64,000 nucleotides of DNA from Nannocystales bacterium (lineage in GTDB: Bacteria; Myxococcota_A; Polyangia; Nannocystales; Nannocystaceae): NCBI GenBank assembly GCA_050633305.1, contig JBOEGF010000014.1:395436-459435 (forward strand), read 5' to 3'. Every line of letters begins with the position of its first letter. The first letter of the stretch is position 1. Under the pieces are notes generated by a model that had not been told where the DNA came from, did no database searches, and saw only the letters and a program-made list of their open reading frames with translations. Below, one piece after another: positions 9,192-21,834 of this stretch. The position numbers and the translations under genes are program-made.

Positions 9192-11261
9192 ATGCCCGCG
9201 ATGAACCTCCGCGCCAGTGTCGGTCTCGCGTCGCTCTTGCTCGCGCTCGGTTGCGCACCGCCCAACGCGGCGACGCCCTATCCTTCCGCGCCACCGGAGG
9301 TGGGGAGCGCATCGCCAGCGCAAGAGGCCGAGCCCGTGGCAGCACCGGAGCCGGAGGTTCAGGGCATTGCCAGCTACTTCGAGCGGGAGGTCGACCTCGC
9401 TCCGTTCCTCGCTGGCTTTCCGTACGGCCGCATGCGGCCGGACCTCAAGACCGGGAAGCTCTTCTATTACGAACTCGGTGAGCAGTACGCGCTGAAGATG
9501 CTCGACATCCCGAAGTCGGGCACCTGGGATCTGAGCGCGGGCGAGTCGATCTCCGATGTGGACTGGTCCAAGCGAAGCCTGTGGGGGATTCACCACCACG
9601 AGGATTCCAACACGCTATGGCTTCACGCCGACGAGTCGAACGACGAGGTCATGAACCTGTGGACGCTCGACCTGGGCTCGGGCGCGCTCGAGCAGGTGAC
9701 GCACCACGACTACGTCTACGGGTTGGGGTTCAGCGAGGACGAAACCCAGGTGGCCTACCTCCCTCGCAAGGGAAAAAAGGCGCCGTTCTCGACGTGCCTT
9801 CGGGTGCGAGACGTCAAGACCGGGGGGGAGCGTGAGGTGGTCTGCGACTCGCCGGACCTCACGTTCACGTGGTCCGACATCCGGTTCACCCCCGACGGCA
9901 ACGAGGTGTTCTTCAACGCTCAGGTGAAGGGCGATCGCACCAAGGGGCAGCTCGTGCGAGTTGACCTCCGCAAGAAGGCACCGAAGGTTCAGCTCGTCAC
10001 CAACACCAAGGTTTCGCGCAACTCGCCGTCTCCGCTCGAGGGCTGGAGCGGCAACGAACTGCTCTACACCGCCAACGACGACGGCTACTCCAACCTCTAC
10101 GCCTACGACCGGGTCACCAAGAAGACGCGGCAGGTCACCCGGTTCAAGGAGGACCTCTCGGCCGAACGCAGTGGAGACAAGGTCATGGGCGTCCACAAAA
10201 CGCCGGCGGGGTCCACGGTCGTTCTCATCGACCCGAAGTCCTCGAAGGTCCTGCAGACGCGAAAGCTCCCCGGGTCCGTTTCGCTCAGCGACGTCCATGG
10301 TGACCGCGCGTACCTGACCCAAACATCCCCCGACATCTACCTGGAGGGGTACTCGATGCGGCGCGGGGGGGAGTCGCTCGGCGACATGGAGACCGTGCTC
10401 GCCCTGGAACCAGAACTCCAGAAGCGGATCGTGGCCTGCAAAGCCAGCACCGTGAAGATCCCGACCTTCGACAAGGATCCGAAGACCGGCAAGACCCGGC
10501 AGCTCCACGCGTTCTTGCTCGAGCCGCGCGACCCGGTGCCGCAAGAGCAGCGCATGGCGATGATTACCGCCTTCTACGGGGGCTCCAACGGCTACAGCAA
10601 GTTCGACAACATCATGTGCGCGGCGGGTCTCACCGTGCTCTCGCCAGCTGTTCGTGGAAGCTCCGGCTTCGGCAAGGACTTCTACTCGCTCAACGACAAG
10701 GACCTCGGCGGGGACGAGATCGTCGATGTGCTCTACGCTGCGCGGTGGCTGGAGGAGCACACCGGGTTGTCCGCGCGCCGGATCGGCGTCAAGGGAGGGA
10801 GCCACGGTGGCTACGCAACGATGCGCGCGCTGACCTACCCCGCGGCGACCAATGGCCGCAACGAGTCCTACCCGCTGGGCTTCGGCATGGCGCACGCGGG
10901 CTTCAGCGACATCAAGACTTTCTACGACGCGACCAACATCCCCGACTGGGTCGCCCTCGAGAGCGGGGATCCCAACGTCCCCGCGGAGCTGGCCCGGATG
11001 AAGGACCGTTCGCCCATGCAGCACGTCGACCTCCTGCGCGCGCCGCTGCTGCTGACCCACGGCAGCAAGGACTGGCGGGTCCCGGTGGACGAGAGCCGGC
11101 AGTTCGCGAAGGCAGCTCGCGACCTGAAGAAGCCCGTGCAGTACGTCGAGATCGACGGCCAGGGCCACCACATCGAAGGGCTTTCGCTTCAGGTGCAGGT
11201 GTACCAAGCGCGGTTCGATTTCTTGGCTGCGGTGGCGAAAGCGGCCGCAGGCGCACAGTAG
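9192..11261 (+). CDS. S9 (prolyl oligopeptidase-family) peptidase lipoprotein
   Basis: Lipobox LALGC; beta-propeller-like N-terminus; GGSHGG nucleophile elbow, KDWRV Asp, GHH His. Confidence 0.9.
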   Translation: MPAMNLRASVGLASLLLALGCAPPNAATPYPSAPPEVGSASPAQEAEPVAAPEPEVQGIASYFEREVDLAPFLAGFPYGRMRPDLKTGKLFYYELGEQYALKMLDIPKSGTWDLSAGESISDVDWSKRSLWGIHHHEDSNTLWLHADESNDEVMNLWTLDLGSGALEQVTHHDYVYGLGFSEDETQVAYLPRKGKKAPFSTCLRVRDVKTGGEREVVCDSPDLTFTWSDIRFTPDGNEVFFNAQVKGDRTKGQLVRVDLRKKAPKVQLVTNTKVSRNSPSPLEGWSGNELLYTANDDGYSNLYAYDRVTKKTRQVTRFKEDLSAERSGDKVMGVHKTPAGSTVVLIDPKSSKVLQTRKLPGSVSLSDVHGDRAYLTQTSPDIYLEGYSMRRGGESLGDMETVLALEPELQKRIVACKASTVKIPTFDKDPKTGKTRQLHAFLLEPRDPVPQEQRMAMITAFYGGSNGYSKFDNIMCAAGLTVLSPAVRGSSGFGKDFYSLNDKDLGGDEIVDVLYAARWLEEHTGLSARRIGVKGGSHGGYATMRALTYPAATNGRNESYPLGFGMAHAGFSDIKTFYDATNIPDWVALESGDPNVPAELARMKDRSPMQHVDLLRAPLLLTHGSKDWRVPVDESRQFAKAARDLKKPVQYVEIDGQGHHIEGLSLQVQVYQARFDFLAAVAKAAAGAQ

Positions 11262-11274
11262 GTCCCGCGAGCCG

Positions 11275-12366
11275 ATGGACCCAATCACGATCGCTCTGAT
11301 CGCCGCCGGTGCTGTTGCCGGCACTGGCGGTGTCGCGGCATGGTGGGCCCGGCGGAACGCACAGCTTCGTCATGAGGCGATGCGCCGGGCGGTGGAGACC
11401 TCGATCCCATGCGGCAGCGATGCGCCCGTGAGTTTGCTTGATCTGTTTTGGGATCTGGGCGCGAGCGACTTCGCGTTGGAGATGCTCGCCCACGGGCAGC
11501 TGTTACTCGATGAGCCCGCGCAACTGTCCTCGCTGATGCGGGAGTTGCCGAGCCGGATCGCCGAGGCGGGTTCGTATCGCGCGCTGGTCGACGAGCTTCT
11601 CGAGGCGATCAGCGTGTACTCGCAAGAGCATCGCGGTGCCGGAGACCGGCGGGCAATCCCGGCTCTTGCCGCACCTGCGGTCAAGGCCCTTCCTGCCGCG
11701 GGCGGATCGGGCGGCACTCCGATGCGCCTCGCCTCGCGAGACTGGGAGGGCTGGCGGACCGGGCAGACCCGGGGTGCGTTGGTTGCAGAACCAGTTGCGG
11801 CGACCGACCTCGAGAATGCGCTGAGTACCGGCGTTGGCTCGCTCCTGTCTGGTCTGTTCGAGGGCAACTTCGGCCAGGAGTTCAAACGCTGGAATGCGCA
11901 GCGCGAAGCGAAACGGCTTCGGGACGAACTGGATCGCGCGCTGGAGGATCTGCTGCGCCCGTACTTGGAACACGTGGCCCACGATGCTCGGGCGCACGAG
12001 TTTTTGCGCGATGCGTCGCACCGTTGGAAGGCGGAGGCGAACCGGATCGAAGTGCTGCGCGGGGCAGGGGCGTTCCGCGATCGGTCGTGGGCAACCTGTG
12101 CCGACACACTGCTGGAGGCCTCGTCGGGATTGGCCGCGACGATGGCCGACGCTGCCGAGCGCAACGTCACCGAGACGCTCGCTCGGATCGACGAGCTGGC
12201 GGCCGGGGACCGCAAGGCGATGGCAGGCTACTTGGTGTACGTGAATCGCCACGCGCTGTTCGTTGGACGCATGTCGGTTTGCGAGGACGAGGTCGTGGCG
12301 GTGGAGCGAGCGAGTGCGGCGCTGCGGGTGCAGTTGCTGCAACTCGAGCGCAAGGGCCTGGCTTGA
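11275..12366 (+). CDS. Hypothetical membrane-anchored helical protein
   Basis: Long ORF directly after the S9 gene; N-terminal TM segment. Confidence 0.7.
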   Translation: MDPITIALIAAGAVAGTGGVAAWWARRNAQLRHEAMRRAVETSIPCGSDAPVSLLDLFWDLGASDFALEMLAHGQLLLDEPAQLSSLMRELPSRIAEAGSYRALVDELLEAISVYSQEHRGAGDRRAIPALAAPAVKALPAAGGSGGTPMRLASRDWEGWRTGQTRGALVAEPVAATDLENALSTGVGSLLSGLFEGNFGQEFKRWNAQREAKRLRDELDRALEDLLRPYLEHVAHDARAHEFLRDASHRWKAEANRIEVLRGAGAFRDRSWATCADTLLEASSGLAATMADAAERNVTETLARIDELAAGDRKAMAGYLVYVNRHALFVGRMSVCEDEVVAVERASAALRVQLLQLERKGLA

Positions 12367-12429
12367 GCAGCCGGTTTGCGTGCTGACCATCGTGGGCGGT
12401 ACCGTTGGTCGGTGGGTTGCGGAAGGTGG

Positions 12430-13320
12430 ATGGTCGGCTCCGTGTGGCTTGCGATGAGCGCATGTGGTCCGACGGTATCCACGTCGTCAAGCGGGGCCGC
12501 GGATGGGACCGCAGTCTCGACCACGGGCACGAGCGGCGCAGACACGGGCACGACGTTGCCAGGGGGCACGTCGGTGTCGACTCTCTCCACCACCTCGACG
12601 ATCGGTCCTGTCGACCCCGGCACGGATGATGACTCCAGCGGCGGTTTCTTCGGGTTTGACTGCGGAGTCTATGCCGAGCCGGGAGTCCAGGCCCACTGCA
12701 TCGGCACGCCCTGCAGTGTCTTCGAGCAGGACTGCGGAGGGACCTCCAAGTGCGTCCCAATCCCCAGTGGCGAGCTCCGATACAGCGGTCGGCAATGCGT
12801 TTCGGTGGGATCCGAGCCGGGCCTCGCCGGCGATGTCTGTTCGCCAGGCGGCGGGTTCGACGGGTGTGACTACGGACTGATGTGCTACCTCGTCAATGCA
12901 GACACCGAAGAGGGCATCTGCACCCCTTTGTGCGAAGGGACGGAGGACGAGCCTACTTGCGCGGCGGCGGGGACGGCTTGTTTCGATGAGGTGCCTGTAT
13001 GCATGGCGCAGTGCGACCCGCTCATGCCGGATGCGTGCGGAGCCGGCCAAACGTGCGCCTGCACGAACGCGGACGGCCCGTGCCAGTGCGTCCAGCAAGC
13101 CACGCTTCCGGCCGAGCCTCTCGAAGACTGCGGATTCCCCGGAGAGTGCGCCGATGGTCTGGCATGCGCGCCCACGGGCAGTCTCGACTGCACGGGGGCG
13201 TCGTGCTGCACACCCTACTGCGATCTGGCGATGCCCAACACCTGCCCGGAGATCGACGCCGGTCAGCTGTGTTCACCACTGTTCGGCGACGAAGGCGGAG
13301 TCGGGGTCTGCAGCTTCTAG
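12430..13320 (+). CDS. Cys-rich myxobacterial lipoprotein
   Basis: Lipobox MSAC, Thr/Ser linker, many Cys (CSVFEQDC, CDYGLMC, CCTPYCD). Confidence 0.75.
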   Translation: MVGSVWLAMSACGPTVSTSSSGAADGTAVSTTGTSGADTGTTLPGGTSVSTLSTTSTIGPVDPGTDDDSSGGFFGFDCGVYAEPGVQAHCIGTPCSVFEQDCGGTSKCVPIPSGELRYSGRQCVSVGSEPGLAGDVCSPGGGFDGCDYGLMCYLVNADTEEGICTPLCEGTEDEPTCAAAGTACFDEVPVCMAQCDPLMPDACGAGQTCACTNADGPCQCVQQATLPAEPLEDCGFPGECADGLACAPTGSLDCTGASCCTPYCDLAMPNTCPEIDAGQLCSPLFGDEGGVGVCSF

Positions 13321-13537
13321 CGACTTCAAATCACTGCACCCGCGGTCCCCCGGCGAACGTGCCAGGGGGACTCCGCCATCGCGTTGTCGGGCTGGGCGCC
13401 ATGGCCGACCAGCTCTGCGCGAATGCAGATGCGTTGAGGAGACAGAGACCGAGGAGACCCTCGACGCACTCCTCGCGGTCGGGGGTATGCTGCGGCCGAG
13501 GATCCGGGAGGGACGGTCGCCGGGGCCGACCTCGGAT

Positions 13538-14002
13538 CTACGCGGCCGTGGCGGAGAGACCACCGGCGAGGTGGTTCGACAGTCCCGCGAGCGCGGTGTC
13601 GAACGCCTTGCCGAGCATGCGCTTCATCATCAGCGTGTTGACGACCCAACCGAACGGGCCGTACTGCACGCCATACACCACGGAAAACGTCACCTCGGTC
13701 TCGGTTGCCGACGCTTGGGCGACGCGGATGGTGACCACGGCGTCCTGCATGAGCGGAACCTCGGTCATCGACATCTGCACGTACTCGTGTTCGGACTGCT
13801 CGGTGACGGTCTCGACCGCTCCGCCGCCCCCGTGAAACTCGACCCGTCGGGACGCGCCGATGCCGACATCGTGGTCGGTGAGGACTTTGGCCGCAGCGAC
13901 GTTGGGGTGCCAATCCGCGACGGCCCCCATGCGGGAGATCGCCGTCCACGCGGCTTCGATGGGTGCGGGAATGACGAGGGACTTCTGAACTTGGTGTGCC
14001 AT
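13538..14002 (-). CDS. SRPBCC (polyketide cyclase/START-like) family protein
   Basis: IPAPIEAAW...WHPNV...GIGASRRV pattern typical of SRPBCC. Confidence 0.85.
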   Translation of the reverse strand: MAHQVQKSLVIPAPIEAAWTAISRMGAVADWHPNVAAAKVLTDHDVGIGASRRVEFHGGGGAVETVTEQSEHEYVQMSMTEVPLMQDAVVTIRVAQASATETEVTFSVVYGVQYGPFGWVVNTLMMKRMLGKAFDTALAGLSNHLAGGLSATAA

Positions 14003-14245
14003 TTTGGACTCTTGGAGCGGCGCTGCTTGGCCTGCTCACCTCGGAGACACATCCCAGCGTCGACCGTGACCGTTCGGGTCAGTGTTTTTCACTTTTTTCT
14101 CGGCGATGCCTCTAGCGTGCTCTCAGAGCGTATTGAGGGCCGCTTTGGGAGCGCGGTGCAGCTTGGGCCTGCCGAGAGGGCGAACAGTGCGCCAGGTCTC
14201 AGGTCCGCGTGAATCCACCCCCGCAGGTTCGCGTCTGCGGGAGAC

Positions 14246-14884
14246 ATGCATGTACGGCACCTGTGCTTGGTTCCCCTTCTGGTTTCCCTTGCCGCTTGCA
14301 AGGCTCTGACCGTGCCCGCGGGTCTCGAGGCGAGCGCGACCAAGATGCCCGTGGAGCGGGTGGACCGGAAAACCATGGCCTTTGGGGCGTACGACGTGAC
14401 CGAGGTGCGACGTGGGATGGCAGTGGGCGCCGAAGGAGGTATCGGGGGCGTGAGCGGGAAGCAGGATCAGCGACGGTTCTCGTTCACCCTGCAGCGGGAG
14501 GGCGACTCCTACGCGGTGACATGCAAGCGAAAGGGGTCCTCGGTGTCCGTGGGGGACTTCGCCGTCGATTCGAAAGAGGCGGTGGAGTGTGACCTGGCCT
14601 CTGGCGATGCTCCATGGTCGATCACGTTGGCTGGAGAAAAGAAGGGGGAGGTCCGCGGTCACCTCCGTCAAGGCGACCGAAAGATCTCCATTTCGCCGGC
14701 CCACGGCGGGATGTTCGGTCCACGCGGCTACTACATCCGCGAGGACCAAGAGATCGCTGCTGTGGATGTTGGGCGAAAGAGCAAGACGGTCTGGGTTCGC
14801 AACGAACTCGAACCGAAGTTCGCGCTCGCCCTGGCTGCAACGTGCACGGCGTTGATGCTGTACGACAACGGGCAGTCAGGCTGA
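14246..14884 (+). CDS. Hypothetical lipoprotein
   Basis: GGGAG RBS, lipobox LAAC, beta-rich body. Confidence 0.7.
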   Translation: MHVRHLCLVPLLVSLAACKALTVPAGLEASATKMPVERVDRKTMAFGAYDVTEVRRGMAVGAEGGIGGVSGKQDQRRFSFTLQREGDSYAVTCKRKGSSVSVGDFAVDSKEAVECDLASGDAPWSITLAGEKKGEVRGHLRQGDRKISISPAHGGMFGPRGYYIREDQEIAAVDVGRKSKTVWVRNELEPKFALALAATCTALMLYDNGQSG

Positions 14885-14907
14885 GCCGCGAGCCCAATCT
14901 CGCCACT

Positions 14908-15744
14908 CTAGGCCGAGTCGAATCTACAGCTTGCGTCGGTCTCCGAGAGCCACACGTGAAGCACACCCGCATCGCCGAACCGGACGTCGAAGAAGTCGCT
15001 CGCGAGGGCGTACGCATAGGTCATCGACCCGTTACCGTGTGGGCTCGAGCGTAGAAGTCGATCCTCGGCGCCAGAGATCGGAAAACCACCGATCTTGCTC
15101 CCCGGATGCAGCGCCGACGCCAGTCCATAGGCGTCCAACTCGTGAGGTAGTGCGGCGAAGTCTTCAGCTTCGTGCCAATCGTGCCATCGTCCATTCTCGT
15201 TGTACCCCGTGGACTCGAACAACTCGGGGAGGATGTCGAGAAACGGCTGGCCCTGGACCGGGACAAGGGCCTCCGCCGCGATGTGCCATACCGCGGCCAC
15301 ATCGGCCGTCTGGGGGTCGATTCGACCTACACGAACCGCGGCGTCACCGAGATTCCAAAACCCGGTCTCGTCGAAGTCGGGATGTGTGCAGACGGTGACC
15401 CACCGAGGGCCAACGCCCGGTGGCGGGGGCACGACCGCCGCGAACTCGTAGCCGTCTCGTGGCGGTGGGAGCGGGCACCGATACCGTTGGGCGAGCGCCC
15501 GCATCGCGGTCTGCTCCTTGGTCCACGCGGTCTCTCCCCCATCGGCTGGGGCCTCGCGCGTGGCGACTGAAGCGACGGCTCGGCCAACGGCGGCCCAGTG
15601 CGTGGAGTCTGGCGCGGGGTTGTCAGGTGTCCACCAGTCGCAGTCGGGGTCGGCGTCGACCCGAACCCGCCCGCGCACCGCGGCGAGAGGATCCGAGGTC
15701 CTGCGGTCGGGCAGCAAGGCTGTCGCAGAGGTTGAAATTCGCAT
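14908..15744 (-). CDS. Hypothetical protein with DUF1963/YwqG-like C-terminus
   Basis: SKIGGFP...FGDAGVLHVWL motif. Start uncertain. Confidence 0.55.
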   Translation of the reverse strand: MRISTSATALLPDRRTSDPLAAVRGRVRVDADPDCDWWTPDNPAPDSTHWAAVGRAVASVATREAPADGGETAWTKEQTAMRALAQRYRCPLPPPRDGYEFAAVVPPPPGVGPRWVTVCTHPDFDETGFWNLGDAAVRVGRIDPQTADVAAVWHIAAEALVPVQGQPFLDILPELFESTGYNENGRWHDWHEAEDFAALPHELDAYGLASALHPGSKIGGFPISGAEDRLLRSSPHGNGSMTYAYALASDFFDVRFGDAGVLHVWLSETDASCRFDSA

Positions 15745-16020
15745 GGCGTCGTTTCCGCGTCCTCAACGACGAGAGGCGAGCCGCCATGTTGCAGGTCGCC
15801 GGCGCGCGCGAGTTTCTTCGGGCGGCTCGGGTGCACCCCAACCTCCGCAAAGACGCGGCGGATGGGCCTCGGTCGCGCGCGGTTGTTGGCATGCGAGCCG
15901 GCCCATCCCCATTCTCGGCGTTGGGGGAGTAAGCGCTTGTCTTTACGGATGAATTGTACCGACCTGGGCCGCGAGTTGTCGGTTCGTGCCGGCTCCATAG
16001 ACTCAGAACAGCGCCCTGCC

Positions 16021-18288
16021 ATGTCCGACAAGAACGACAGTACGAAGTCCGTGCGATCCGCCCGCAACCAGAAAGAGGGGTCGGATCAAGAGGTCGGGGG
16101 GCTGTCCGCGGCCAAACTGCGCACGCTTGGCGCGCGACTGATGAAGCTCCGTGACGACTCCCGCATCTTCCACGCGCTGGAAACCGCCTTGGAGGACGAT
16201 GACGACTGGCGGGCGGTGCTGGTTCATCTCGTCCTGCACGACTTGGTCGATGCCGGGAAGAACGCGTACGTCGCGATCGCGCTCGAACGGGCTCTGTGCT
16301 GGGCGCACAACGAAGGTACCGACATGGCGGCGGAGCTTGACGCGGCGGAGCGAGCCCTTGTGGCAATGCCGAGCAAGGTCAAGTTCGAGGAGACCCCGCT
16401 CCTCCCCAACCTCCCGATCGAGGTTGTCCACTTGGCTGCGTTCCTATCCGTCAAGGCGCCCGATCGGGCGCGCGCGATCTACCCGAACGTCAGCCGCAAC
16501 GTACAGACCGCGCTCGCGTTGTCGCTGGCGCTGGACGAGGCGGCGTTGCCCGAGGGTGCCGCAAAGCCCCTGACTCGGGCCCTAACGCCTTGGATTGGCT
16601 CGTACGCCGACACGGTCCACGGACCGTGGGAGGGGCGGGAGATCGACATTGAGGGCTTGGCAGCGCGTCTCGGGACCGAGGAGACCCTCACCAAGGCGGC
16701 GGCGAAGCTGCTCTCCGGCACGGACCCGAGCATCGACACCACTGTCGGGATCCTCCCGGCGTTGCGGATCGTGCCCAAGGAGGCGGCGCGCAAGGGGTTG
16801 TCTTCGTTCCTGCGTCGGAACGGGAACCCCAGTCAATGGAAGGAGCTCCGTGCGGCTCTCCTGGAACGCCCCGACCTCGAGGAACTCGTGATGGAGCTCG
16901 CGGAGGTGAACGAAGGCGGCAGCGACAGCGAGAAGCTGCTCCTGTTCAATCTCCTGGACTCCGTGCCCGAAGGGGTCGAGCGCTCCGTGTGGTTCTCCAA
17001 ACTCTCGACCGGCGACGAGTTTCTCGTAGAGTACGAACAGTTCCTTCGCACGCTTGGGAGGACCCGGGCGCTCGCGTTGGCCGAGCATGCGTTCACACTG
17101 CCCAAGCACCGACAGGACTGGGTGCTTCTCCTGCATCGGGTGTTTGGGGACGAGGCTCGACCCATCCTGCTCGAGGCCATTCAGCGCGGGCTGCTGCGGT
17201 ACGTCGGCCTCGTGCCGGAGGCCGCACTCGACGTCCTCGAGACTGCCGACCTCAGCGACGAAGAGCGCAGGAAGGCGCGGTTGAAGATCGCGCTGGGTCT
17301 GGGCAAAGCCGGGCAGCCCATTCCCAGCTCGCTCGACAACGTGCTGGGAGAATCTCCGGGGGCTTTGTGCGTCGTTGCGGGGCAGCTCGCAGAGCAGAGG
17401 GCACTTCGCCTGCTCGACCAGTGCATGCTCGCTCATCCGCCGGAAGTCGTGCTCGAGAGTCTGGCCCGGTGCCCCGACGCACCCGAAGCCCTGCGAGAGC
17501 GCGGCATCCAGGGCTTCGTGGAGCGGCGCAAGAAGGTGAAACGGACGGTCGACGCACGTCGAGCCTTGCGCGACATCCCAGGGGCTGCTGAACTGCTCGA
17601 GCGATTCATCGTTGGGCTCGACCCTTCGGAGAAGAAGCTCTTCGGGATCCTGGAGAAGGCGTTCGACGCCGAGACCTACGCCAAGCTTGTCGAAGCTGCG
17701 GGGGGCGAGGCGGAGACGCGGATCCAAAAGTTCCAGCGTCTGAGCGAAGCCGGAGGAAAGACCACGCTGTTCTTCCCCGCCGAAGGGGACCTCGATGCAT
17801 TGGCCGTGCCGTCGTGCAGCTACGCGGGCGGTCCTGCTCCCGCAGGCGTTGAGGCGCCCAGGGGGAGAGAGGAAGCGAAGCAGCACGTGCTTTCGATCGA
17901 CCTCTCGCCGTTCCCCGACCTCGTCCAGGAGTTCGGTGGCGAGACCATGTCTCTGTTCGTGGAGGCGCCGCGCAGTGGCGAATTCAACGATGACGCGACG
18001 TTGGTGTGCTCAGCCAAACTGGGGAGCATCCCCGAGGGTGGACGACCGCTGCAAGTGGGGGCGCTCAACCTGCCCGCGGCACTGCGAGAGTCGGGAAGAA
18101 AGGCCGACCAGCGAGAGCTTCGGGGTCTTCTTCGCCCCATGGATGGGCACGTCTTTGGCCCCGCGTACTGGATTCAGGAGAGCCTCGGCGCGTCCGTGAC
18201 GCTGCAACTCAACGACGCCTACATCAACCTCGGCGATGCGGGGTCGCTCTATATCGGCGACTTCGGAACGACCTGGCAGTGCAGCTGA
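16021..18288 (+). CDS. Large helical protein with C-terminal DUF1963/YwqG-like domain
   Basis: C-terminal FGPAYWIQ...LGDAGSLYI...WQCS. Confidence 0.7.
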   Translation: MSDKNDSTKSVRSARNQKEGSDQEVGGLSAAKLRTLGARLMKLRDDSRIFHALETALEDDDDWRAVLVHLVLHDLVDAGKNAYVAIALERALCWAHNEGTDMAAELDAAERALVAMPSKVKFEETPLLPNLPIEVVHLAAFLSVKAPDRARAIYPNVSRNVQTALALSLALDEAALPEGAAKPLTRALTPWIGSYADTVHGPWEGREIDIEGLAARLGTEETLTKAAAKLLSGTDPSIDTTVGILPALRIVPKEAARKGLSSFLRRNGNPSQWKELRAALLERPDLEELVMELAEVNEGGSDSEKLLLFNLLDSVPEGVERSVWFSKLSTGDEFLVEYEQFLRTLGRTRALALAEHAFTLPKHRQDWVLLLHRVFGDEARPILLEAIQRGLLRYVGLVPEAALDVLETADLSDEERRKARLKIALGLGKAGQPIPSSLDNVLGESPGALCVVAGQLAEQRALRLLDQCMLAHPPEVVLESLARCPDAPEALRERGIQGFVERRKKVKRTVDARRALRDIPGAAELLERFIVGLDPSEKKLFGILEKAFDAETYAKLVEAAGGEAETRIQKFQRLSEAGGKTTLFFPAEGDLDALAVPSCSYAGGPAPAGVEAPRGREEAKQHVLSIDLSPFPDLVQEFGGETMSLFVEAPRSGEFNDDATLVCSAKLGSIPEGGRPLQVGALNLPAALRESGRKADQRELRGLLRPMDGHVFGPAYWIQESLGASVTLQLNDAYINLGDAGSLYIGDFGTTWQCS

Positions 18289-18351
18289 CCGGATTCGCCA
18301 CGGTCCCGGCCCACCCGTGCGTGGTGCCTGTGCAACGACCCCGGGCGGGCC

Positions 18352-20053
<1,702 letters not shown>

Positions 20054-20655
20054 GACGGACCGATCGCCAAACCGTTAGCCGCCCATTTCTCATTTTTGCG
20101 GCCATCGACCAGCCCGGTGACCAATGGCCGCGGTAGAATATCATCAGGGTTAGCCCGGGCTGTGAGGAGCGAGGGCCGGCGAGATGCTCCCGGACACCTT
20201 CGCCGTCGACTGGCGCTGGGCTGCACGAACGCGCTGGCGCGGCAGGCGGACTCCGGGGAGCGCTGTGTCTCGTGCTGTTGGAAGCCCCAGCTGTGGATAG
20301 CGTCCGCCAATACTTGAAATAGCCGCAACACATGGGGGGATAGGTCCCCGGGGCGCAGGAGGTCACTTGTCGTGCGGAGGAAAGCCTGGGGTTGCGCTCG
20401 CCGTGGTTCGACCGTTTGCGGCCAGGCTCGGCAGCAGCGGCGGTTCGGTGCGGTTCCTCGAAACCAGTGCCGAGGGCACCACCGCGTCGTTCGGGCTCGA
20501 GACTACCGATGTGATCCTCGTGCGGGGACCGTGCGATGTGGTCTCGAACCCCGAGAGGGCCCGTCTCGAGGGTCCCGGCTCGGCTGGCGCTTGCGCCGAG
20601 CGTTTGCATACTGAGCAAAGGCGACACGGCTTGTCGTCATCGGGACCAGAACACC

Positions 20656-21762
20656 ATGCACGATTCAACGGACGTTGCAGCACGAGATGAGGATCGAACG
20701 TGGGCTGGGAGTGACACGGTGCCACGCCATGGACGACGAACCCTCGACGCGAGGCCATGCGTCCTCGCGTCCCCGGATCCAGCGCGCTCGTCCACACGTT
20801 CGCCGCAAGACAGTCGCCCGCTGCTGAGCCCAACCCCACCGCGGGTTGGAACGGTCATCGACAAGCGATACGTACTCCTCGAACCGCTGGGGCGCGGGGC
20901 CTCGGGCTGGGTTTGGAAGGCCAAGCACAGGGTGATCGGCAAGCTGTGTGCCGTGAAAGTCTTGGCGCCGCACGAGGGCAGCTATGACAGCAAGTCGGTG
21001 GTTCGGATGCTTCGAGAGGCGACCGCCCTGTCCAAGGTGGAACACCCCGGCGTCGTCGAGGTGTCCGACTTTGGCCATACGGAGGAAGGCACTCCGTTCA
21101 TCGTCATGGAGCTGCTCGAGGGGCAAGACCTGCAGTCCACCCTTCGCGCGCGACGGCTGAGCACCGAGCAGGCCCTCGAGTGGGGCGTGCAACTGCTGCA
21201 GGCCGTCGCTGCGGCGCACGCCAAGGACATTGTCCATCGCGACATCAAGCCGGCGAACATCTTCGTGTCCGCAAAGGACAACCGACTCAAGCTCCTGGAC
21301 TTCGGGCTCGCCCGTCTCCACCAGCACGAGGGCTCCGATGCATCGGGGGAGTGGGATGGAAGACTCACGCCCGAAGGCGAACTCCTGGGAAGCCCTGCCA
21401 CGATGAGCCCCGAACAGCTGCGCGGCGCCGACCCTGATGCGCGCAGCGACATGTACAGCGTCGGCTGCGTGCTCTACGAGATGCTCGCTGGGCGCGCTCC
21501 GGTCCAGGGGAGGACGACCCAAGTTCTGTACCAGCACATGTACGAGGAGCCGCCGGAGCTGCGAGAGTTCGCGGCAGCGGACACGCCGGACGCTGTGCTC
21601 GAACTGGTCGAGGCGTGTCTGGCGAAAGAGCCTGAGCAACGACCGAGCAGTACGCAGGCGGCAGTGGATGCGGCACGGGACTGGCGGACCGATGCCGCGC
21701 CACAGCGGGGTGTCAGTCGGTTGTTGCGGGCGTGGCAACGCCTGCGTTCCGCGGCAAGCTGA
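20656..21762 (+). CDS. Ser/Thr protein kinase (cytoplasmic)
   Basis: GRGASG, AVK, HRDIKPAN, DFG, MSPEQ. Start uncertain. Confidence 0.9.
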   Translation: MHDSTDVAARDEDRTWAGSDTVPRHGRRTLDARPCVLASPDPARSSTRSPQDSRPLLSPTPPRVGTVIDKRYVLLEPLGRGASGWVWKAKHRVIGKLCAVKVLAPHEGSYDSKSVVRMLREATALSKVEHPGVVEVSDFGHTEEGTPFIVMELLEGQDLQSTLRARRLSTEQALEWGVQLLQAVAAAHAKDIVHRDIKPANIFVSAKDNRLKLLDFGLARLHQHEGSDASGEWDGRLTPEGELLGSPATMSPEQLRGADPDARSDMYSVGCVLYEMLAGRAPVQGRTTQVLYQHMYEEPPELREFAAADTPDAVLELVEACLAKEPEQRPSSTQAAVDAARDWRTDAAPQRGVSRLLRAWQRLRSAAS

Positions 21763-21834
21763 CCGCCGGACCGGGCGCATGCGAGACCCACTTCGACGCG
21801 TTCCTGCTCACCGGGATGGCGCTATGCTCCTGGG

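Noticed and set aside
20100..20650. Gap between the ECF sigma and kinase genes as a possible RNA or mobile element
   Set aside because: I found no convincing terminal repeats, stable structure or recognisable motif.
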